From the NCBI GenBank assembly GCA_028023455.1, contig JAQFVV010000001.1:14632001-14696000 (forward strand): DNA of 64,000 nt, written 5' to 3'. The DNA comes from Epiperipatus broadwayi. Taxonomy: Eukaryota > Animalia > Onychophora. The notes beneath the pieces are model-generated. The model made no database searches. It was not told the DNA's origin and worked only from the letters and a program-made list of their open reading frames with translations. The position numbers and the translations under genes are program-made. Positions 41,528-53,178 of this stretch are shown in pieces (the stretch's first letter is position 1; the number at the start of each line of letters is the position of its first letter).

Positions 41528-41758
41528 TTTCCATTGCCCATGCCATATCATTTACTTAACTTTCCATTAGCCATGCCATATCATTTATCTATCTTTCCAT
41601 TGCCCAAGCCATATCATTTATCTATCTTTCCATTAGTCATGCCATATCATTTATCCAACTTTCCATTAACCATGCCATATCATTTATCTATCTTTCCATT
41701 GTCCATGCCATATCAGTTATCTAACTTTCCATTATCCACACCATATTACACACATAAC
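41528..41758 (+). repeat. 33-bp minisatellite, 7 copies
   Basis: TTTCCATT starts at 41528, 41561, 41594, 41627, 41660, 41693 and 41726. It lies inside open ORF 41507-41833 (FPL.MPYHLS. repeats). Confidence 0.95.
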
Positions 41759-42304
41759 TCCGATGTAAATATTTTTAGTTTATATCAAACTTATGATAAT
41801 CCTTGCCCTAGCTTGTTAGAATTGTGCATATAACCATGGAGTTTGAATATCGAGGTGGAACTGAAATATCAAGAGAACCCACAATGTTGAGGACTTAAAG
41901 AGCAACCGTATCAGAATTGAATCCAGCATACTATCAAATGTGATACATTTATATCTGATAAACTTTAGGAACTCAAACTTATACCATCACCTCAATGTAC
42001 AAATAAAATGAGTGACATAAATAGCCATTTTGTTCTGTTCCATTCCAACTAATGCCCAATTATTGTGGCTACACACTGTCCAATTGTGTAGTTAGGAATT
42101 TGGTCTCATACCATTACAAATGGCGCAGCCAATTATTGAGTATGAATCACATATATTAAGATTCCAATTTTCACACGTTCTGTTACAAATGGTGAAGCCA
42201 ATTGTTGGGACATGAACTCAGATAGTTCTCACATCTGTTTAATTACAAATGGCACACAATGTGTTAGGCATAACTTCCGATGATTATCATATAGTACATT
42301 TGAA

Positions 42305-43070
42305 ATTCAAAACTGTATCCACCCTAACTCTAACTCACCTGCATCGCGTAAATTTGCTGGCCCTAATGCATTTTTGTTTAGAAACTTTTATTTATGTAAA
42401 TACGAGGCAGACAGAAAAAAAAACATAAACAACTATATTAAAGATCTATTAGCAGCAGGATTCAAATTTAAACCTATTAAAACTAAAATCACAAAATTTC
42501 TTAATAAACAATAATGCACCTCGCACCAATCTACTAAGAATAACAATCTTCTACATTTCTAAAATATCTAACAAACTAACGAAAGCATTAACTGATAAAT
42601 TTAACATAGCATTTAGAACACCTAATTCTAATAGATTGATTAACAACTCCAAAGACCACATTGATCGATCGTTCCCCCTGGTGTACTCCATTGCTTGGCC
42701 TCAGGCCAGATGCCACGCTATATATTGTGAAACGAAAGCTACAATCAACACTAGACTGGCTCAACATCTTTACACATATAACAGAGCTCACAAGAACAGC
42801 AACACAACCTCTGTATTTTTGAAGTATTCTAAACAATCTGGACACAACTTCACACCTGCCAATCCCATAATATTGTGCTCAGAATCAAACGATCACAAAT
42901 GAAAAATAAAGTAGGCATTTTACATTAATGGAAACACTTGCTTCGAAATCTCAAAGAAATGGGCTACGTAATACTAGCTTATTTGAATATTTGCATATAT
43001 TTTACTATATATTTTATGAAGGCTATGAATATGAGGCATGGATCCTCAAAAACGTTAATCTGATAAACTT
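42305..43070 (+). mobile_element. Penelope-like element 3' fragment
   Basis: IHPNSNSPASRKF...FLFRNFYLCKY (RT thumb) and ORF 42636-42902 (VYSIAWPQARCHAIYCET...TRL.QH), GIY-YIG-like. Stops and frameshifts present. Confidence 0.85.
43022..43060 (+). ncRNA. Variant hammerhead-like motif (A3-U8 core), probably inactivated (G12 to A)
   Basis: GCT-ATGAATA-T-GAGG-CATGGAT-CCTC-AAAA-ACGT-TA-ATC, located at the PLE 3' end. Confidence 0.55.
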
Positions 43071-43429
43071 TAATATTAATTTATATCTTCTTCTCTATTA
43101 ACAATTATAAATAAGTGGGTTTTTTTTTTGTTACATAATATTGAGAAGTAAAACTATATTTATTACATATGGTACATTGTAAAATCTATATAATGATCAG
43201 TTGTGTTTTCAAAATTATAAGTATCATACCACTGCAAATGACACCACTCTGTAATAACCTTGAACCCAAGGGTAATATTAATCTAAAGTTGAACCTAAAA
43301 GTAACACTTTTACATATTACACTATGACTCAAAAGAATTAGAATTAAGATTATTTAATGAATACGAAATTCAAAGAAATTAAAACATTACAATAATATGG
43401 TTGTTATAAATATGCGACTTTTTTTTCCG

Positions 43430-44230
43430 CATTGAAGCTATAAATTTTACACTAATTTATAATAGGTTTGCTTAGCGCTTTCAAGATTTCATGTTCGAAT
43501 CTCATACTCATAGCTTGTAAATAAAGATTGTTATGATTTATGCAAACACGTTTGAATTTTTAATTAGTCTATTGTTTAAAGAGAGCAAAACATGCCTCTC
43601 TTCTATTAATGGCATTGATGTCATTTGCTATATATAAAGCTTCCTTAACTTTTCTTTTGGCGTCATTTTTTTCTTTACAAATTATATGAGCAGAACTAGG
43701 TTCAAATACATGGCCCGTAGCTGCTTGGTGGTCCCAGAATACTGAAGATCCTTCATTTTCATTTTTAACCCTATTGTAGCCATACCTATGTTGGTAAATT
43801 CTTGTGTTCAGGTTAGCCCGAGTTTCACCATAGTATGATGCATGGCAGCCAAAATGAGGGCATGCCATTTTATAGACCACATGAGGGGCTTGACCTTTTT
43901 CTGTTTTATCTTTAGAATTATTTATCAGTCGGTTAGTATTGGGAGATGTTCTGAAACTAAATTTAAAATTTTTAGACAATGTTTTTGCAATATTTGGTGT
44001 TACATTAGGTATGAAAGGAATTGTTAGGTATTTCATATTGTCTTTAGGCAATTTAGTTCTTAGTTTTCTATAAAATATTTTTATTCTTTGATTGATTGTA
44101 TTAGGTTTAAAGCCTAGGTTAGTGATTTCCTTTACATATCTGTCTATATTGTTTTTCCTATCCGCTATGTATTTACATAACTGGTGATTTCTGAATAGGA
44201 AATGTGTGGCATATGGAAATCAGGTAAATG
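43430..44230 (-). mobile_element. Penelope-like element 3' fragment with intact GIY-YIG ORF portion
   Basis: ORF 43569-44051: YLTIPFIP...VVYKMACPHFGCHASYYGETRANLNTRIYQH...HVFE...RKVKEALYI. Upstream reads FPYATHFLFRNHQLCKY. Confidence 0.92.
43469..43514 (-). ncRNA. Variant hammerhead-like motif (A3-U8 core), apparently intact
   Basis: GCT-ATGAGTA-T-GAGATT-CGAACATGA-AATCTT-GAAA-GCGC-TA-AGC, starting ~55 nt after the PLE stop codon. Predicted cut after 43473. Confidence 0.65.
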
Positions 44231-47200
44231 AAGACCAAAAAAAAAAAGTAAAAATAAAATAGCTGATATTTAGCCAATTAATTGGGGGTCTAAAGAAAGT
44301 GTATAATAACAACCTAACCCTTTTGAGACCGCCAACCTCAAATTTCCTCAAAAAAAAAGTCCAGTTGCATAGATAGAAATTTTGTCTCATATATAATAGA
44401 CTGTTCCATTACAAATGGTGCAAACAATTGTTGGGCATGAATCACATATATTAAGATTCCAATTTTCACCCGTTCCATTACAAATGGCGCAGCCAATTGT
44501 TGGGGCATGAACACAGATGGTTGTCATATCCGTTCCATTACAGTATGCATAAAGATATAACAAAACAATTAATAATAAATCATTAAAAAAAATGAAAGAC
44601 TGAAAATAATAAAAATCAATCAACTTAATTCTTGATTCCTAAAATAGAATCATCTAACAAAAAAATATATTGATTATTAGGGACTGTGGATGTAATTGAG
44701 CTAAACTTAATATGGTATAAACCACACTTATTGGCATTGATTATATTATATATTAAGGAATTAACTTTCTTTTTTTAATCAGCTATACAAATCAATCCAC
44801 TATATATTTATAATTCAAAATTGCATATGTTTGTTTGTATACATAAAAAAGTGTTTTTTTTTCTTATTTATAACCTAATACTGAGTACATTTTTGGTGAA
44901 GCTTACCATAATCAGAGCCAATAAAAAAAAGAGCACTCAACTTTAAGTTATAAAGAAGAAAAGACACCACTTTGTTACATATAACATATATGAACAAATG
45001 TTCATAAATTTGAATTACAAATACAAACTAAGAGAAAATCAATATTATATCATTTATAAATATAAAAAAAAAAAGATATTATTAATTTTGTAAAAAGAAA
45101 AAAATGTATCTGTGAATCAACTCTTATACTCCAGAAGAGAAGAAGAAACAAAAAATTCAACTTAAGTAAACATCTATGCTTATCAAGTTATGTAAAAAAT
45201 GTTTTCCATTTTTCTTAACCAAATTGTTTTAAAATTTAATTTATAAGAATAAAAAAAAATAATTAAATGGTTTATTCCTCAAAAGTTCATAAAAAGTTCC
45301 ATAAACCCTAAATTCCAGAGTGTGCCATCCTATCATTACATCAAATCCAGCAGAGTATTAACAATAATAAATTATATGATGTAACAATATCAACTAATTT
45401 TCTCCTCAAACTTTTTTTCTAAAATTAATAATGTTAAGTAAATGTTTAATTCTTCCACTACAATAATTTTATAAGATTAGAATCACTTTTTAAATAATAA
45501 TAATATTATATTATTATACATATATATTTAGCAAAAAACACTGGAATAAATTCTACAACATTCACAATATCAATATCTAAAAACAAATAATAGTTATAGC
45601 CAGCTTACTAAAAAATGCTATTCAGGATAGCAGATATGCCATATACTGGCAGTTATGTATTGTATCGAAACAGTAAGATTTGCTTTACAAATCTTCGTTT
45701 CACTTTCTCTCACTTCTTTCCTACCCTCATACCCTATTTTGAACCCCAATTTATCATAGTGTGTCTGTATTGCCGCTTATATGCCGAAATCCCGCTGAAA
45801 TCAGATCACAAATGTATAAATGCTTGTGATATATATAATTTCAAAACCCTAACATTAATAATTTATAAATTGTGAGTATGTGCATGTATACATATTCATT
45901 TTAAAAAGTATGTCATATAAATAAATTTACACACATATTGCGATAATATATTTTAAAACTTAAATAAAAATAATAATTTCGCTATTTAAAATTATTTTGT
46001 TGAAATATTACAGTCGTAATATTTGTTTTCATTTAATAAAATAATATTTAACTTTAAATAGATTTAAACGTTCAGAATTTAAAAATAAAATAATTTTGTT
46101 GTTTTTAGATTTATAAAATCAAGCCACAAATTTTCTGTAAAAAAGTAAATGACGGTTGGGAAGAGAACAATATGCTTAATTAATTAAATTTTGTAAAATT
46201 CATTAATTAGTGGCTTAAATATTTTGTCATCAGATAAACAACAGATGTCCACTCAGGTATTTTAATTAAAATAAGTTAAAATCAAGTTCTAATCCAAATA
46301 TCTTAAAAGTAAAAATTATAAAATCCCTATTTTCAGATATTCAGCTAAGATAAGTTGGTAGCTTTTGTTTTGCATCTATTTCGGTTCTAGAGTGACCATC
46401 GCAGGGTAGTTCTATTGTGAGTTCCCTTGGTATATATAGGTCCGTTTTTCCTATGCTTATGCTTTTATAAATAGAGATACATCATATGCTTTTCTAAGCT
46501 TGTCTATTCTGATGCTGATTCTATTCTGACTTAGAGTTGTTCTTAGTTAAAGTTTTGAGATATTATTTTAAATTTTATTCAGTTGAATTAGCAGCTGAAT
46601 ATACTATTTTGAGAGTTTAATACAGCTGAATTTAGTGAAAACTATACCATTAGAGAAATTTGCAAAATACCAGCCTTTGCCTATTGAAAGCAGAATGTCT
46701 GAGTAGAAGCCAGTAGTAAGGCTTTCTTCCTTCTTGAAATGACCTTTCCCGCGGCATCATACCATCAGATGCCCATACCTATTATAAACTGCCACTGCTG
46801 CTGAAAGTATTTAATTTGATCATGGACCAAGAAGCTACTACATCAAGATCAACGCTGCTTAACTTCCATTAAAGCCTTCAATTAAAATTGACAGAGAAGA
46901 CAAAAATGTGCATGGACTGTCCAATTTATATGAAGTAACCTCAATTAACACAAGAGCTCTTGTGCTGTATATTTGCCTTTAATGCTAGCTAAATTTTAAA
47001 TGCATTTTTTATTATAAAATTGCAGAATTCTATAAAATATTTGTAATGTAACTTGTGTGCTCTTCTCTCTATCCTTGGGTTGATATTTGTTCTATTTGCT
47101 AATTTATTTTATGTCTTTTATTATGGTAGTATGCTTAGATATTCAGCAAACGAGCGAATTATTTCTTTCCCCTTTTATTAGTATGCCGCCATATTAGTGC

Positions 47201-47604
47201 GAATAAATTGTATAACTGACCCCTTATTAACTATCTTATAAAATTGCTTGTTCGAGGGCTACTTTATTTCGTATTTTATTAATCTTTTAAATAATTATGT
47301 CTTTCAAGAAAGGTATATTTCTCATTCTTTTATATAATGCGAGGATATGTGCGAAATTAGTAAGTGAACTATATAATATAAAGAAATGCATGATTACGTA
47401 TAATCGTATGAATCCATTTAATCATGCATTCCCCCTCCATTTTTCTTATTTTATAATAACTTATTTTATTGTATTTATAATGTAATTTATGAACTGAAAA
47501 AGTTAAGGTTGAGAATGTGCGGACAATCTTAAAATTATTTAGAAATTGGTTAAATGCCCTTGCTTATTAGTTACCTCTTCTATATATTCATTTATGCTTT
47601 ATAT

Positions 47605-48001
47605 CAGGGGTCCCCAACCCTATGCCCACGGGCACCATGGCGCCCGCAGACCATTTTACGTGTGCCCGCCGCTATCCGAACACGATAAAAAATTATTTAT
47701 CTGATACAAATAAATTTAATTTTTAAAATTTCTTATAGATTATTGTATTATATTGTAATCAAATTGTAGGGCATACTATACTTTTACAGCGTAAAATATA
47801 AATGTTAATTATATGTTAAAATTTTATTTTTGAAATAAATATTTTTTTGTACATTATGTGTATTATTAACAATATCCAACTATAAATTTACATTGAAAAA
47901 ATAAATGGTGCTCGCCACCTGGTTGAACAAATAAATGGTGCCCACCACCTGGCCAGTATTATAGAATGTGCTCTTAAGTGCAAAAAGGTTGGGGACTTCT
48001 G
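47605..48001. mobile_element. hAT-family MITE
   Basis: TIRs CAGGGGTCCCCAACC and GGTTGGGGACTTCTG. Perfect 8-bp TSD CTTTATAT at 47597-604 and 48002-09. Confidence 0.95.
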
Positions 48002-51000
48002 CTTTATATTGTGTGTTACCAGTGTAGGTGTATGGGTTGTTTTGAGGCCTGCTTTGTTTTTCTTCAGGGATTTACGGCTAAGGCCATTCTCTCTCCTTAC
48101 GGTTTCCAGATTGTGTAGGTGCTAGATAGCCATACCTAGGAATTTTATGTCTAAGTAACTCAACCATGGAGTTTCATGTTATGATGCCATACTTGGACTA
48201 ATTGTTATGAAACCTTTCATGGGATCTGTGGTGAGACGCCATCCCATCTGCTTTATTTTATTTATCATTTTATTTTACAGAGCAATGCAGTTTCAACATA
48301 TTACACTCTATCCTGTACATTAAACCTTCATTGGTGCCACCAATCTCTTTTAAATATTAAATGTTGATATTTCATTCAATTGCCCGTGTTTTAATCACTT
48401 CCATGCCTCTAGCTCAGCAAGCTTTCGCCCGCACCATTCTTGAATTCAATATAAGTTCTTTTATCAAATATTAAATATGAAATTGATTTAAGCAAACACT
48501 TATTATATTCGCCATAAGTCTCGTATATCTTGAAATCAGCCTTTCTTCACCTAACTGTACTTTTGCTTAAGCACATTATTATAATATAATGTGTTAACCC
48601 AAGGGGGAGAGAATATATAAATAAATTAACAAGCCATTAATGTAAATCTAAACGGCACTTCATTAAATTTATTTCAAATCTATATTTTAATGAGTTAACA
48701 GTAGTCTGGCTTATACAGACAATGCCATTTTTATATTGTTAAGTAAATAAACTAATGGAATTTTCTAACTTATTTTGAATATATTTATTTATTTTCTGTA
48801 ATCCACACCATTACTTCGGTCTTTTGTACCATCCATAGTCGTTAGTTAGCAAACCTAATGAATATAGTCTCTTGCTTTTCCCTGACCACAGGCACCACCA
48901 AGAAACTATGCTATTAGTAGCATCAGATGTGTTATCACATAGAGGCGCTGTGGAGTATAGACTTTGTATTCGAACTTGGTATTTCTGGGAGGCAACTCCT
49001 AGAGTGTTGAGTTTTGTATCCTGGGTTTGAATTCTGCAGTGTTAACGAGATACTGATTCTGACCATTACAATATTGAACCAGATGCTATATCCGATTCAA
49101 AGGTCCCTTCGCAAAATTAATACTAAGTTTTATTTTATAAAGTTATTTAAAAGTTTTATGGGATATAGCGCACATACGCAGCTATATTTTAAAATTCTCT
49201 TCAACAGATTTTATTTGTTAGTTTAAAATAAGTTCTTCTGACACTTATTTTTTTACCAAATCGTAAAAACATTCCAAGTTAAAAGTTTTAATCTTTGTTT
49301 GTTTGTTTGTTTTTTTTGAGAAAGCTTTTAATTTTGGAAAGTTAATTGCATTCCTGTTTCTGTTATTTTAATTACAATTCATTTTTAGTTTAATTTTAAA
49401 AGTGGAGATTTAATTTTGTATGGTTTTTTTATTATAAGATAATCCCTGGTTAGAATTCTTAATTAAGGTTGAGCGGGAGCTAGAGATTTGCCCTGGGATG
49501 TCTTATAATTGAAAAACAAGAAAGATTGTGTGGGAGATAAAGAGAGAATATAAATAACCTCAAAAATTTCAGACATTTTATTCTGGGCTTGACCGAGCTA
49601 ATTATGCTTCAAAGTGATTGATTCAGCTTCTTATAATTCTACTCTTCGTTATCATGTTTGTTTATTAGCCTGCAGAGATTCATATTGTGTTGGCAGTCCG
49701 GATGTATTTTTTTCTTAAAATTTGCTTTCACAAAGATGTTTGAATTCACTGCTATGTGTATTCAAATCTTTAACATGCCTTGCTAACTTCCCTAAGGACG
49801 GATTCCTGATTCCAAGCTGTTCTTCCAGTCATGCCATGAAAGTCTGAATTAGAAAGGATCCTGAAATATCCCTCTACACTTACTGCCGTGAAGAAATGAC
49901 GCCACCTAAAAATTTGAACTCAAAATAACTGTACGCGCTCCTTGAAAAACTCAGTGGACTCTGTTTATCATTAAGGTATAAATATTTCTTATTCTTTCCA
50001 GGGTATATGAATCTCTAGTAAATCTTCACTCAATCTAAAAATAAATCTGATGTATAAAGTTTTAATAGTTATTTTATCTCATATTTATTATATGTAATAT
50101 TGTGTCTTGGAATCTTAGTTTTAAAATTCCAAGTTTGTTTTCAATTTTATTTACTGGGGAGTATATTGTAACATTATATTTTATATGCTTATTATGCCTT
50201 CTTGTTTTATTACTAACTCTTGCTAAATGCTTTAGCAGATCTTCGTAATTTCAGTTTGCTCACCTGTCCCTATGTTATCATCCAAGGAATTAATTTTTAA
50301 GTTAAGAGGTTTGTGCTTCTTGCAAACAGCAAATCTTTTGGCTGGCGGTTTCGTGTTTGTTATTCTAGTTTTTCTGAAGTTGGAGATTTTGTGTCATTTC
50401 CAGATTATGTGAGATCATAATCATTCTTCAAGTTTTCTTGTCTTGTATGTGAAGTCAACAATGTATTGCCGTGAACATGGTAGATCATGAGCTGTCTGTC
50501 TTATCGGCAAAATGACGTTCTTGGTCTCGACGCATTATTCCAAGCCAAGAAATGTTCACCGGCACTGTTTCATTGATTTCCTACAAGACTGTGTTGTTGT
50601 TTTTTTTATATCTCTGAATGAGGAAACTAGAATTGTTGTTCTTTTATAAATTGCCAGCAGGAAGATACTATTAATTCCCTTTTAAATGGTAGGTGAGAGA
50701 ATGAATCTAACTACCAGTTTTTAATGTTTTAATATTTTCATAACTCATATACACTCTCTGATGAATACACTTACAAAAATCTAAGTCACACTTTCATATT
50801 CTGTTTGCTAGATTTACTTTAGTTTGTTTATTGAATTTAATAAAATTTTCAGATTAGTTTTAAATTATTTTGGCCGACGTTTGTCTATGTGTTTCATTTT
50901 CTCAATTGTCTGAACAATAGTTAAGATCTCTTGCTATCTCCCTGGGTCTAATCAGGGCAAACCATCAACACCATCCAGTTTTGATCACGGGAAACAAATT

Positions 51001-53178
51001 TTTCAGATACGCAGTGATCTGGTGGCACCCTCCGTGATCAAGGGTAGATTGAGTGACCATTACAATATATATGTAATGACATGAATATTTTTATAATTAA
51101 CCAATGTTGTTTTTAAGTGTTTCTTTGTGTAAGAATCATTTATACAAAAGGAGGTTCAATTGAATGATTCTGAAAATAATACTGATCATTATTATGGTTA
51201 TGAATGATGCCTAAGGTTATGCTTACTATGATTTCAATAACATACAGTCATTCATTCTTGGACATCATTCAAGGTCTAAATAGCGATTAGGATTTTTTTC
51301 AGGAACATCTACTTAGTGACCTTTCTCTGCATGAAACATCTTATGCCTACTCTTATACATGAGAAAATTTTAAAAATTATTTAACATATATATAAAGTAA
51401 AATAAAAACAAATTTTTTAAAGATTAGACATGCATAATAATGCATGGAGTAAAAGTATGACAAATGTAAATTCAACTTTAACTAATTAACTTGTCTTAAA
51501 CTTATACTTAATGACATAAAAATTTGTTTAACGCATAAATTACACATCATTCAAAAAATAATAGGGAGGAGAGAATTAACAACTAACATATTCTTAATAT
51601 TTTGAATTTAAAGATGAAATATATACTTTATTAGAAAAAAAAAAGATACAAGGATAATGGAAAAAGAAAAAAATATATAAAAAATAAGGAAAATACGAAT
51701 TTTATTTTGAAATATAATAATTTTTATTAAAAAAATTATAAAGAGATGCAATTTATTATAATTTTTTCATGAAATCAACAAGATGTATTTTTCATCAGAG
51801 AGACATTTAAGTATATATTCTATTTGAATGTATAAGATATTTTTTATTTAATGGTTTTTTTTTCTCTAAAAATAAAATCATTAAACAATAAAAATATAAA
51901 TATGTGTCAATGTGATATCACACAATTATATGACAATGATCAGATACAAATGATTGAAAAAATAGTTAATACCATGATTGTTAATAGTCCAGAACTTACA
52001 CTAATGGAATATTTCTGTTGAGATTTAAAATTTTTTTTTTTAATTATACATCCAAAATAAAAAAATAACCCATAACTATAATATCAGTTAATCCTGGTTG
52101 TTTCAATAAACATATAGAGAATTTAAGTTGAAATAAATTTGTTTAAAGATAACATTTCACCATGAGATAATGTAAATATATAAACTTTCTTGAGATATTA
52201 ATAATGCCATCACTTATGAAGACATATAAATTAAATGCATTGACTACAATGGTTTATGAGAATAAATAAAAAAGCTTTTTTTTTTAAAAAAAAAAAAAAG
52301 TAATTAAATCCACAACTGAGAAATAAAAAAAAGTTTTACAGTTAATATTTTTCCTTAATATATATATATGCTTGCAAAATAAAAAAAAAATTCAAGAAAA
52401 ATAGATTTTTAAAAATATAGAGAGATATTATGATAACAATAAATACTATAAAAGAAAAAAAAAATTATTTATTATTGTTTTACTTTATATGTTTATATAT
52501 ATATGTCTAAAAAAGAAAAACTTGAAATTAGATAAAATAATATAAAATCAGATTTTAAAAAAAAACATCTTAAAAAAATAAAATACTTATCTTTAACAAA
52601 ACTTAACGTATATTTCACCTAACTTACTATGTCTCTTCAAAAAAAAATATATTAATGATATTATGCTATGTAAAACTTTATAGATTAGAAAAATAATTTA
52701 TTTTAGAGAAAATTTTGTTTAAAGCTGATTTTATATTTGTAATTATTAGTTGGACTATTTCCACTATCTAGAATTAATTATTAAATGTTTTATAAAAATT
52801 TATTCAACTGTTAATAATATTAATAGCTGGACATATTTGGAAAATTTAAATAAGGCTTCAATTTTTCTAAAAACATTTACAATTAATTTAAAACAATGGA
52901 AATAGTCCAATATATTATTTTCAAAAAAGCCATCGTCATAAACTTTCAAAAAAATGTTGATTTATATATATATTCAAATAGAATATGCTTATACATTGGA
53001 AATAAATATAGAAATATTACAAAATTAAACATTTAAATTTTCCAGAAACAATATACTATAATGGGATGAGTAATTCAGGGTGATCATCCCTGGGGTGATG
53101 GAAAATCATTATCAACCCCAGTTAAAATAAGATATTTCAAATAAGTATGAGATATAGAAGATATATCAAAAATATATA

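Noticed and set aside
41528-41758. In-frame TGA in each minus-strand unit (K*YGMGNGK) as selenocysteine or code reassignment
   Set aside because: It is simply the complement of a conserved TCA in the repeat. The last unit has TAA, there is no SECIS evidence, and MYCBP2 exons use TGG for Trp.
41528-41758. CRISPR-like array
   Set aside because: Contiguous tandem units without unique spacers in a eukaryotic intron.
46800-46870. GPRSYY as a Gypsy integrase tail
   Set aside because: A single short motif; no other integrase, RT or LTR features could be confirmed.
48405-48450. Minus-strand GGGCGAAAGCTT as a PLE-type hammerhead remnant
   Set aside because: No recognisable CUGANGA and no stem I.
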